From: Octopus bimaculoides
Lineage: Eukaryota
Assembly (NCBI RefSeq): GCF_001194135.2
Contig: NC_068982.1
Span: 2,019,817 to 2,083,816 of the forward strand
Reading direction: 5' to 3'
Length of the DNA: 64,000 nt
Shown here piece after piece: positions 24,616-36,074 of this stretch; the stretch's first letter is position 1, and every line of letters starts with the position of its first letter. A program made the position numbers and the translations under genes. The notes under the pieces were generated by a model. It did not search any database. It was not told where the DNA came from and saw nothing but the letters and a program-made list of their open reading frames with translations.

Positions 24616-26719
24616 CAATACATTTGATCAGCATGGGTTTTGTATTCATGTTTGTATGAACATGGAAATTAAAAGAAAGAAAAACAATACATGTCCATAA
24701 CCAGTTAAAGAATCGTAAATAATGCGAATAAGTATCTGGCTGAGTTATAATATTGGCGCTTTAATTATTCCTGCAGTCATTTTGTCTAACCCTATAACTC
24801 ACCACTTCAATCATATAAAATGAAGGAGTTTTAATCATAAAACCAACATAAATATGATGTTGAATATATGTTTTAAGTAACTGAAGTGAATCCATATTTC
24901 AAATAACTTCGTACGAAATCAATAAACGAGATAATAGCCGTAAAATCCGATTCCGATTCCAGACAAAACATTATTCACGTCATCAGATACGAAATAACAG
25001 GACACGATTTATAACAGCATTCATATTAGAGAATATATTTGTACCATAAAATTTGCGACGACTGTGTTAGCAATGTATTTGCACGAGGCATCATTATATC
25101 CAAAACTTTGTGGAATTATGCTTATGTATTTTGATATAACACTATCATTAAATAATATCAAACGTCATATGTGTTTAAATGTAATACAGGTGTATCGGTT
25201 GCATTTATTGAAACTACCATAACTTTTCAAAGTTTCATAAATGTGTGCATGTTCTAAGCTTTCATATTTATGAGAGAAAGACACCGATACACAGTCACGC
25301 AAACACGCAAACGCATAATATGTCAGTGATATTAATAAATACAGAAAGCCATTTCAGTTTATAAGAGTATTTGTACATAATACGGTTGATTCTGAACGAA
25401 CCTTCAATATGTACTAGTATAAATATGATTGAAACATTTGTATATATAACAGAATGTATGATGGTTTTATTGATAAAATTGACTTAAGAGTGTTTGACAC
25501 GACATGGTTGATCTTTTCTTTTCTGCTTGTATTAAATTGGACCTTTTATTCTTTCTGTTAGCCACATGCCACTAAACTACGGGAGATATAACCAAATATA
25601 GGTAAAGATTTTTTATAGCGACTTTCAAAAAACATTATTGCACAGTTTTAATTTTGTTCAGTGTCTGAGAACTGGATATCGTCATAATTTTCCCGTTTTT
25701 CCTGGAGAATACGAGAAAAATCCAGATCAGACATCAATGATAAGTTTAATTCTTGCTTACAATATTCACTATAGCAATCTGACTGATATTCCGATTTTCA
25801 TTATCGATTAAATCACGTACGTTACAGCGATAGCGGTTTCAACAACTCAAATATATATGTATCACGAGATTTCTTTATTTATCCCTGTAGAAAATGCACA
25901 TATTTTGTGGAATAGACTTCCAATTAGTGAAATTTCTTCCAGGAATATAGGAACACTTCTCTGTTAGCCTTAAATACTATAAAATATGGACATTGTCAGC
26001 AGTGGTATCGAGGACGTCACAACAAAAATAAGTTACCACAATCAACATTAGATGGTAGATACACTATTGATAATGGAAGTGATGTTTGCTCTAGGATGAT
26101 TTTGTATCTATCTATATGTGTCCGTGTGCGTGCATTTTTGTGTGTGTGTATGAGTTTACTTGCTATACTATTTTTATCCGGACACTTAATTTTTTCTTGC
26201 TTTCCATTTATTTACTTATTTACCTCTTTCCTGCATTTCGTCTCGGGTATGTGTATGTGTTTCCTTTGTATGCGTGTATATGGGTTTATGTATTACACTG
26301 TTTGTATCTCTGTTTTGCATCCTGTCTGGAGTCGCCATGCTGCGTAGTGTAATGCTGGGGGTGGTATCGTTCCATTCGTGTTTTCTGCTGAGGCACGGAT
26401 TGTCTATTACTAAGTGTGTGCCCTCTGTAATTTAAATGTCACGTCTGTTCTATGCGTTGATAATACCTTAACATCTATGTTACTAAACGAACCTCTGTGT
26501 TCTAGTTGAACATGTCATCTATAGCACACAGTGTACTGAGGGACGGTACAAAAGAAAGGTAACAACTTACATTAGGGAGATGACACGTAGCATAGAGGAG
26601 ATGATAGGTGACACTGGCGGAAGCCGAAATGAAGAGAAAATATCGGCAGAGCTATACAAACATGCTCAATTTCGGAGGAGACAGATGATCCCCAAGCGCC
26701 ACACTTTATACGCTTTCTG

Positions 26720-26830
26720 TGCCTACTGTGTGGTTGCGTAACTTGCTTCCCAACAATGTGGTCTCGAGTTCTACGAGTTGCTTTAAGCAAGAGCCTACTG
26801 CTATAGCCGTGGACCGTCCTATGTCTTGCG
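26720..26830 (+). mobile_element. SINE family D head fragment
   Basis: tgtgtggttgcgtaacttgcttcccaac..gagttc..ctactgctatagcc. Confidence 0.55.
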
Positions 26831-27539
26831 GCCGGATTTGAAACAATGAAACATGAAAAGAACCTGTCTTAGTGCGTGAGTGTGTGCTTTCTGGAATCTC
26901 ATTGTAGTCGCTTTGGGTTTGATTAAACGATTCAACAAATTGTTACCATGGGAAAGAAACAATGTACACATATTCTGATTAACGCACACAAGAGTACAAC
27001 ACCCCACTAACATATAGGCATAGAGGAGACAGAATCAACCGGAGAGATTATACCTCACAACTACGTTGCACATGCGTCAAGAAACATTTTGTATCCGAAC
27101 GCAGCGATGATCTAACATAACTATTCCAGGCAGTTTCAATGTATTTGACTACGTATAATAATGATATGCAATTTGTTTTTCTCTTTTGGGATCACACTGC
27201 AAGGTGGTAACTGAAATGCATATTAAATAATGAAAACTCAGAAACAATGCGTAGGTTGATGTCTATTTTAAATGGTATCAATTGATACTGACATACACGA
27301 GCAAAACGCGCGCGTGTGCATGCACGCTCATCTACACAACGGACGTGTCTTTTCTTTTCCTGAATCTTTTGTACAACAATAAATCAATCTCTAACAAGAC
27401 AACATACCGTTCAGCGTTTAAAAAATGCTTCAAAGAAAATAGGGAAATGTCGAATTTACACGCACACAGTCACACCTACAATATATACCTACCTACCTAC
27501 CTACATACATACATACATACAAGGCAAGGCGTAAGAATA

Positions 27540-28330
27540 TATTGGGTCATCCCATAAATAATGCGGTTTTATTCTACCTCTTTATTTTTCAAAATTAAGA
27601 TAAAGTTCATTTTTAATCTAAAATATACACCCCTTCATTTTCCCCAATGCTCCTCTATCTCTTTCGTAAACTTGCAACGCCCCTCTTCCAAAATTCACTT
27701 GTCCGTGAAAAAACATATTCCTCCGGTACTATTCTGACCTCGTCTATAGAATTCATATTTTTTCCGTCCAAATGATTTTGAAGACTGCGGAATAAATGAT
27801 AATCTGATGGGGCAATTTCCGGCGAATATGGTAGGTGGGGCATCGTTTCCCATTCCAACTGCTCCAGCCTTTAAAATGTCATCCCCTCTGTATGTGGTCG
27901 AGCATTATCCTGATGGATGAACAGCTTTCGTCTTGAAACCAAAGACGGTCATTTTTTCTTTTGGCCCTGACTTCAGCCGCTCACGCTGCACGCAGTAGAG
28001 ATCTCCTTCGTTATCGTTTTGTTTGAATTTGAAAGTCCAAAGTGGACTAAACCTTTCATATCCCACCAAACAGATAACAACACCTCACGTGGGTGGAGAC
28101 CTTCTTCAGCGTGGGATGCTGGTATCTCTCGCACTGTTTTCGGCGCTGGACATTTTTATAGAGAACCTATTTCTCATCACTAGTAACTTTTCGGTCCAAA
28201 AAAGGGTTCATTCGTGAGACGTGACAGCAAAGAAGAGCGCACATTCACTCCCTGCGCGTGGTTAGAGTCGGAAAGTTTGCGAGGAACCCGTTGACCCGAT
28301 TTGCTGACTTTTCCATCACGCTTGATTTTA
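27540..28330 (-). mobile_element. Mariner (DD34D) transposase remnant, second copy of the 10490 family
   Basis: HQDNARPHTEGMTF*RLEQLEWETMPHLPYSPEIAPSDYHLFRSLQNHL (34 residues between the D residues); same TIR TATTGGGTCATCCCATAAATAATG. Confidence 0.92.
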
Positions 28331-30859
28331 CCAATCGGTTTCGACAAAGAATATAATGGAGTGTTATGTAACAATCCGATTATATAACTTTACGCTCATA
28401 AGAGTTAGCCGATATGGAAGGGAATATGGCGACAAACCATTTTTGTCAAATAAAGATTAAGCAACTAATTCTAATATGAAAATTCGATGAAACATGTAGA
28501 GTAGAAAATCCTCGTAAATTTCTCTCTTATTTCGTTGAGATTAAAATTTTGGTTGAAGCATAAACAATATTTCTAAGTTTCTGCGATAGGTGATCAGAAT
28601 CCGAATTACGGAACTCCGATTTATCTAACTACCAGGATTTACAACGATTCCGTGGTCAAGCTGGCTCGGTTCAAACTAACAGTTCATATAAAATAGAACA
28701 ATCTTATTTAAATTCTACGTAAATATCAATACATAAAACAAAAACAAAAAGAAATTGGCATTGATTGAAATGTTTAGGAGCTCATTGTCGATGAATCCTA
28801 TTCGATCTGGCGTTTGAACATTTTCGATGGTCCGCTACGTCATGGTTGGGGGAGATTAGAGAACAATCAGAGAAAGAATCGTTCATACACGCTTGCGTAT
28901 GAAGGCTAACACATACATACACATACATACATACATACATACATAAAATGTAAATGAGGAGATCCGAAATAAATTTTGATATTAGTCATAGTCACTATCG
29001 ATGTAATAAAAATGTAAACAATTTTTTGTTTTTCGGGTTTTTGATTTTATTTTATTTTGTATGGCCATTTTTGGTCAGTAAAAAGAAAAGACAATCTCGC
29101 AACGCCCATTTCACGGTTTACTGATTGCTCTTCCGAGAAACCGGACTCTATCTCCTTCCTCTTCATATTTTTGCACATCAATGGCGTAGAAAAATGTGTT
29201 TGCGTTGACGATATATATATATATATATGTATATATATACACACACACGAAGTTAGTCTTTCTAAAATTATCTCATCATATTTACATTATAAACAATAAA
29301 ATTACTCGTGGGATGGACAAGAATATATCATGAAAATTCAGCGCAAGTTAATAGACTATTTTAAAACGGTTGAATTAGTGATGAACACAAAATCAATCAC
29401 TCGCAAATCTAATTAACCATATATTCAATCTATCTCTGGGAATATCAGCAAGAAATAAATTATGTTGGGAATGTATTCCATCTATAATATCTCTTCACAT
29501 GTATGTGCATATGTATATATGTCTATATATGCGTGCCTGAGTGTGTGTGTGTGTGTGTGTGTAGTATATATATATGTGTGTGTTTGTGTGTGTGGATAGA
29601 TAGAAAGATAGATAATCTTTAGAAAGCAGCATAAAATTTGTACGTTTAGAAGCGCGTGCGTTCTCCTGTATTTAAATACATGCTATACCACACACACAAG
29701 CACACACACAGCCTCTCTCTCACACACATACACACACAAAGATATATATATATATATATGAACACATTTATGCATACTCACACATGTGAGACACACTCGC
29801 TCACCCGCACGCACACATACACCACACGCACACTCAAGAAACACCTTACTTCCCATTTCGTCCCTCTAGCTTAATTATGAAATAAAATCACCATATAAAT
29901 CAAGATATAAAAGACACACCTGGATGATTCCCATAATCAATTGAGGTTGTTCAAACAAGGAGAATCGAATCCGAGGCGAAATTATGAGCGTATCCTTATT
30001 TTAAGTTGTGTTCATTGAACCCAGATTATCGAAACATCAGTGATAGAGCGGCCCACTGCCTCGTTTAGTGAGCTAATCTTCTCCCTCAGCGGCCATAAGT
30101 ACATATGTCGAGATATCCATAATTGCATTGAATCAGAACTCGCGATGAATTGTTGTCCAGTAACAACTGTCCTTGTGTCAAATTTATGCTTTTATTTAAG
30201 GAGTTAATTCCTTGTCACACATATTTTACCTTTTCGTCGCTAATTTAATATGTCGAGATTAAGGAATCTTTCAGATTGTTAAATAGCAATGAAATAAGTC
30301 TCGTCGAGCAAATTCTAAAGGCAACAAAATAATCTTCATAATTTTCTTCGTGCTTAACTATAAACTTTTGGTGAGGAAGCTTTCAGACATATATTTATAG
30401 AATGCATCCTGTGAGATATACCGAAAGACCCGAACCCACTTAGAGCTTACTTAAGATGTCCACATGAAAGGTGCAGTTAATTAAGTTCTAGATTATACGG
30501 AAGTTATTGTGTCCTGTATGTGTTGTTAAGACTTAGAAAATATAAAAAAATATTTTAATCTGGTGAGGATACCGATAACTACCCGGAAACTAAACGAGAT
30601 ATTGTTTTGACATTTACCACTCAGATTCAAAGCACGTATCCTTTATGTAGCGGATACTATCCGGTACCCGCCTCGACAAGTCATCCTTGTATATTCGTAG
30701 TATATATATGTCGATGCCGTGCAGTTACTCTTTATAACTCGCTCAGAGATTTATTATTGCTTGTTTCCAATTTTTCGAGATCAGTGACTTTTCGTCACAG
30801 GAAAAAGTATATGTATATATATATTTGCATTGAGAACTACTTCCAATCGCCAACCGGTG

Positions 30860-30913
30860 GTTGTCACACGCTGATGACGGATCAATACCCAGAAACTCGG
30901 GTCAGTGTGTAAC
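30860..30913 (+). ncRNA. Type I hammerhead-like motif with decayed stem II
   Basis: gttgtcacacg-CTGATGA-cggatcaataccca-GAAA-ctcgg-GTC-agtgtgtaac; stem I cacac/gtgtg (extendable); near-palindromic ACTCGGGT stem III; stem II only 2 bp. Confidence 0.5.
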
Positions 30914-31025
30914 ACGTCAGGCAGGAGATGAGAAAGATGACTTCCCTTTGCAAATACTGATGGGGCACAGATAGTGTGACAATAGCCAGCTGGAGGAGAA
31001 GTCTTCCTGGGGCTACAAGCTACAG

Positions 31026-31061
<36 letters not shown>

Positions 31062-31485
31062 ATAATACATTCATTCCTTTCCTTTCTTTTATCCACCGAA
31101 AATTAAATAAATGGTAAAGTTCAGTATAGTTGTTATGTATAATCAACAGAAATTCATTTCTTTTTTTAACGTTTACCTCGGAAATTAATTAAATACAAGT
31201 ATGTTTGTTTCAATGAACAGCTTTTTACGAATTTTCTGAATATGGTTCCGAGTTACTGCATGGAGCTCATTCCGTATTGATTTATTTCAAACGAGAGGAA
31301 CTACTTCGAATAAGAAAACATTTATCGATCGAAGTACCCGCAACATAATATCGGCACCTAATTTCATATATTCTCTTGCACAAATTGTAAAACTACTTCA
31401 ATGTTGGCTGAAAATATAATGATTCACTTTAAATTCCGCCATGTTGAACTATTTTGTATGTTGTGTACCTCTTATAGATACCGGG

Positions 31486-31486
<1 letters not shown>

Positions 31487-31530
<44 letters not shown>

Positions 31531-31833
31531 NNNNNNNNNNNNNNNNNNNNNNNNNNNNNNNNNNNNNNNNNNNNNNNNNNNNNNNNNNNNNNNNNNNNNN
31601 NNNNNNNNNNNNNNNNNNNNNNNNNNNNNNNNNNNNNNNNNNNNNNNNNNNNNNNNNNNNNNNNNNNNNNNNNNNNNNNNNNNNNNNNNNNNNNNNNNNN
31701 NNNNNNNNNNNNNNNNNNNNNNNNNNNNNNNNNNNNNNNNNNNNNNNNNNNNNNNNNNNNNNNNNNNNNNNNNNNNNNNNNNNNNNNNNNNNNNNNNNNN
31801 NNNNNNNNNNNNNNNNNNNNNNNNNNNNNNNNN

Positions 31834-31870
<37 letters not shown>
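31487..31870. other. Assembly gap (N 31531-31833) between (CA)n and (TA)n
   Basis: Seen directly. Confidence 0.98.
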
Positions 31871-31877
<7 letters not shown>

Positions 31878-31879
31878 AG

Positions 31880-32030
31880 TGTATGTGACGGGCCTCTTTC
31901 AGTTTCCGCCGACCAAATCTACTAACAAGGCTTTGGTCGGCACGAGTTTATAGTAGAAAACTCTTGCCCAATATTCCACGCAATGGGACAGAACCTGGAA
32001 TCAAGTGGTTGGGAAGCAAGCTACACCTGC
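31880..32030 (-). mobile_element. SINE family D head half
   Basis: gacgggcctctttcagtttccg..accaaatc..aaggctttggtcggc..gtggttgggaagcaagc. Confidence 0.8.
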
Positions 32031-32269
32031 ACCTTAGAATTCTGTTTAAATGTTAGTCATTAGGGTGCGGCCAACCTGGAGGGCCGCATTAAAGAATTTC
32101 CATCGACCGTATGGACCCCAGTTCTCCATTTTTAAGACTGACACTTATTCTCCCTTCTTTTGTCGAACCGCAATCGGGGATTGTCAACAGCGGTGGTGTC
32201 GGGCAAACACAGCCACAAAGAAACATTCATACGTTTGAAACACAATGACAGCTCACCTATATGTGTGTG

Positions 32270-32440
32270 TGTAAGTATGACGGACTCTTTTCTATTTCCG
32301 TCTACCATATCCGTTCACAACTCTTGGTTGGTCCGAAGCTATAATATGAGAAACTTGCCCAAGGTTCCATAAAGTGGGATTGAACTCGGAAGCCTTTGGT
32401 TGGGGCGCAAATGTCTTTCCACACAGCCACACCTCCGCCT
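32270..32440 (-). mobile_element. SINE family D head half
   Basis: gacgg..tttccgtctacca..acttgcccaagg..ccacacagccac. Confidence 0.75.
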
Positions 32441-32498
32441 GTATATATCCATCTTTATTTCTATGTGTGTATGTATGCATGTATCTCTCTCTCTCTCT

Positions 32499-32571
<73 letters not shown>

Positions 32572-32929
32572 TGTATATACATATGTGCGTGTCTGTGAGT
32601 GTGTGTATGCAGGCACACATGCTTTCAACTTAGACATACCTTCTTTGTACATACATTGGTTAGAGTGTCGGTATCATTGTTAACCAACAACTTTCCAACT
32701 GAGTGTAGTAACATGAAACGGATTGTATTACGCAAGTACACAACTCCTTCCCCCCACCCCAAACCAAAATTCGGACGCACGACCGCGGTACCGACAATAT
32801 GAGTTCAAGTTGTTTTGAAGCAATTTTTACCTTTCGTTCTTCAGATAATCTGATTTATGTTATGAAGTGTATAATTAATTATGAAAATAATTAGCCCTGC
32901 TTAAGTCATCAAATTTCACCACTTCCTCA

Positions 32930-33200
32930 CAGCAAAGAAGTATTTAAAAAGTCTTGTGATTCCGCCTCGTGGTCTCAGCGGACAAAATGGAAAAGGCTTT
33001 GCCCCAGAGGATTGCGAGGGAGATGCGTTTGAACATCCTGTCTGACTCTCGGTGCTCGCATTTGCGGATAGCCATCTCCGCCGCGAGGCGATGAGCAGGG
33101 ATGGGATCCGAGAGCTGGGACTCCACTTACACAGGTTCGACCACAAGCCTGTCAGAGAGCGTTCGACACTTGGACAGTGGCCGATCAGATAAAGTATCGG
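32930..33200 (-). mobile_element. CRE-like non-LTR retrotransposon RLE C-terminal remnant
   Basis: ORF 32944-33126: AHRLAAEMAIRKCEHRESDRMFKRISLAILWGKAFSILSA resembles the RE..LFQRxSxAxQRGNAxSIL end of CRE-clade ORFs. Confidence 0.65.
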
Positions 33201-33521
33201 CTAAATAGGAAAACTGATACGAATCATTAGAAATTCCCCCCCTCACATGTTCATTATACACGATTAAGAAATGGAAGCATAAAAGAACGTTGTTAAATAT
33301 CGAAAATCACATCGTCTCTGATATCATTCGATGTTATTTTTACTTCTTGAGCGTCCGTGAACTTACTGAAAAGATACTTTATGTGCTTCCAAGATATCGA
33401 AAACCGTTTCTTTGTTTTAATATACATATTAGAATAAGTGAAATATAACTGGAGACGAATACTGTATGGAAATTTCATACAATTTGTAGAGTAGATTATG
33501 CATGCGAAAATAAACTGCCCA

Positions 33522-33787
33522 GGGGCATATGGCGTAGTGGTTAAGAGCACGGGCTACAAACCCCAAGATTCCGAGTTCGATTCCAGGCTGTGATCTGAAT
33601 AATAATAATAATAACATCGAAAAATACATTAGGAATGAGAACCTAGGTTCAAAATTTCGCCAAGATACTTGATGAAGGCTGGAGAATATATCAGCCAAAA
33701 CGTTGTGTTAACAACAAACAAGATGAGGACAAATATCTGTCAAATGTAAATAATGTACATGATTCCTCATCTTTTGCATATAGAATT
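33522..33787 (+). mobile_element. SINE family A copy A6, full length (reference copy)
   Basis: A box TGGCGTAGTGG 33530-33540; B box GAGTTCGATTCC 33573-33584; (AAT)n; HHR-like region 33664-33708 (C3>T, G12>A); 10-bp stem aagatgagga/tcctcatctt then TTTT. Confidence 0.9.
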
Positions 33788-34098
33788 ATGCTTCCATTGT
33801 AGTTTGTGTCTTCTATAACGATTTTACCCCGAATCGTAGTATCCATGCTAAATATTGCATTGTATTATAAAAATTCCATTTCAGAATATTTGTTTTAAAC
33901 TGTTAAGTCCTGCACCAAACTTAAACTATTTTCTGATTAGAAAAATAAACTAAAAAGCAAAAAAAAAAAAAAAAAAAGGTACCAAAATGAATTTAGGGAT
34001 ATAGGAGCTTAATTACTTGCAATTGCCCACAAAAGTTATAGAATTTTAACAGCCAAAGAGTTGTGTGTCACTTATGTCTACCTCTGCTGTTTCAACAG

Positions 34099-34168
34099 AG
34101 ATCAAACCCAGCTGAGGAGACAACGAGCCAAAGGCTTTACGTCCGTTTGCTGTCTTTCAAGTGGAATG
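34099..34168 (+). other. Candidate exon (70 nt)
   Basis: ctctgctgtttcaacag acceptor and AATG|gtatga donor; the frame DQTQLRRQRAKGFTSVCCLSSGM ends in phase 0, matching the next candidate exon. Confidence 0.3.
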
Positions 34169-34650
34169 GTATGAGCTGCATGAATTATGCTGAAAATTTC
34201 AGACAGTCGAAAGCTGAAGCAAATCTTTCTGCCGTTTATAAACTCCATGAAAGAAAATGGCCGTTAGAATACTATTTTTTTTGTTCATAAACTCTAACTC
34301 TAATTTGTTGAGGTTGTTTTCATTACTATGTCGCTTCTTTTGTGCGTTTGAAAAATCCTGATTGTTCTCTTTGACGTAATTAAATTCCTTGGACATGAAA
34401 TATAATCAGTTAATATGTTTGTAGGCATTTTCTCAGTTTATTACATAATACCACATATCCAAACAAAATCAGAACTATGTATATGTAAGTATATATATGT
34501 ATGTGGGAGTGTGTTTGTTTCTTTGTTTGAGACTGTGTGCGTGTGTGTGTGTGATTTTTATGTCTGTTGGATTTAATGAATAATTATGTGATTAAATATT
34601 ATCTGAAAATTTATTCTCTGTAATTATCATTTGATTTATATTTCTTCTAG

Positions 34651-34701
34651 GTAAGTGAACACTTTCTTGTCACTGCTGTTGAGTATGAACAAGTTGCTTC
34701 G
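34651..34701 (+). other. Candidate 51-nt exon starting with GTAAGT (possible recursive splice site/RS-exon)
   Basis: ttgatttatatttcttctag|GTAAGTGAACAC..GTTGCTTCG|gtaagt; only phase 0 is open (VSEHFLVTAVEYEQVAS). Confidence 0.45.
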
Positions 34702-35254
34702 GTAAGTATTTTAATTATTTGCTTAAGGAATCTCTGATTTTTCTATTCAACTTAATCAATGTACACACAAGTAAAATGAGTTTACATACAATTCTGATTT
34801 CACAACTTGGTATAATGTATATTTTGTTAAAGGAATTGTTAGAAAATTCTTGCCTTCATGGATACTGGATGTTCATCTGGTTTGGGAATAGACTCCATGG
34901 CCATAGTTTAGCGTGTTTTTCTTTATTTTGGGAGTGGGCGTACTATTTATTTTCTAGATTAATTCCTTGATAGTTGTGCCTACCAATTTACTTGCACGTC
35001 CATTATTGATTAGATATTGAAATAAATGTAAATTTGTTCTGCTATAATGCACTGCAACTGATTAGTAAGTGTGCATTTCTGGGTAATAATTTTATAATTA
35101 ATATCTTATATTTAACTGGATATTCATGGAATGAATGGAAATGCATGCGGCTAATTTTGCTACAGTTGTGTAATGATGGGATGTATTCATACTTTAAGAA
35201 CATGTTCACATCTAAAGCGTTGTGCTTATATGGATTTATAAACTTCATACTGAA

Positions 35255-35585
35255 GGCGCGTGGCTTAACGGTTAGGGTATTCGACTCCGGATCGTGAAAT
35301 TGTGGGTTAAATATCCGGCGACGCATTATGCCCGTCACCGAGAAACTTTGTTACACGTTACTCCAGTTGAATCAGCTGGAAAAAATTCGCAGAACCTTTA
35401 TTCAAATTGGCCAGCCTTGTCAAATTCTGTGGCACGCTGAAACTCCTTGAGAATTCGGCAAAGGTTATGCGTGTTTGTGGAGTTATGAGCCACTTGCTCG
35501 TAAATTTCACAAGCAGTCTGTTCCGTTCACCGGATGAACTGGAACACATGTCATCATAAACGACGCAGTGACAGTGGAACTTCAT
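35255..35585 (+). mobile_element. SINE family C, full length
   Basis: ggcgcgtggcttaacggttagggtattcgactc head; body collinear with 24305-24615. Confidence 0.85.
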
Positions 35586-36028
35586 TAAATTATTTTAATA
35601 CGGTGTACATTTTTGTTAGAGAATAAATTATATTCATTAGTAAAAATCTCTCATATATATACACATGTCCTCCCATACACACAGGGACACACGCGCACGC
35701 ATACGCATGCTCCTACTCACATACAGATAGATATTAATTTATTCAACATTTATGAAAAAAAAAGATGGTTTAATTGTCTTTAAGAGAAACTTTATATGGA
35801 TGAACGCGTGCATTTGCGAAGAAAACAAAGAGAAAACCAAAAACGCTATGTTATGTACATGAAAAATGACATAAGCCAGTATTTAAACAGCACACAAACA
35901 CACACGCATACAGATGCAAACACTTACGTATAAACACACACATACAGACATACACATGCTCACATACACAATTCGGACAAATCCCAACGCTGGAACATAA
36001 GTTTAAAAGAAATGGAAGTAGAGAGACG

Positions 36029-36074
36029 TGTCACTGAAGAGATTGCAACGATGCGATGAAATAATTATTTGACA
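36029..36074 (+). ncRNA. Minimal type I hammerhead ribozyme, complete core (predicted), followed by A15
   Basis: TGTCA-CTGAAGA-G-ATTGCA(acga)TGCGAT-GAAA-TAATTA-T-T-TGACA: 5-bp stem I, 6-bp stem II, palindromic ATAATTAT stem III. Fold only; activity untested. Confidence 0.7.

Noticed and set aside
33300-33420. ISWKHIKYLF resembling P-element/THAP9 transposase
   Set aside because: Single short motif with no supporting flanking motifs or TIR.
33522-33590. tRNA genes at SINE heads (also families C, D, E)
   Set aside because: A and B boxes are present but there is no complete acceptor stem, and each continues into a repeat body.
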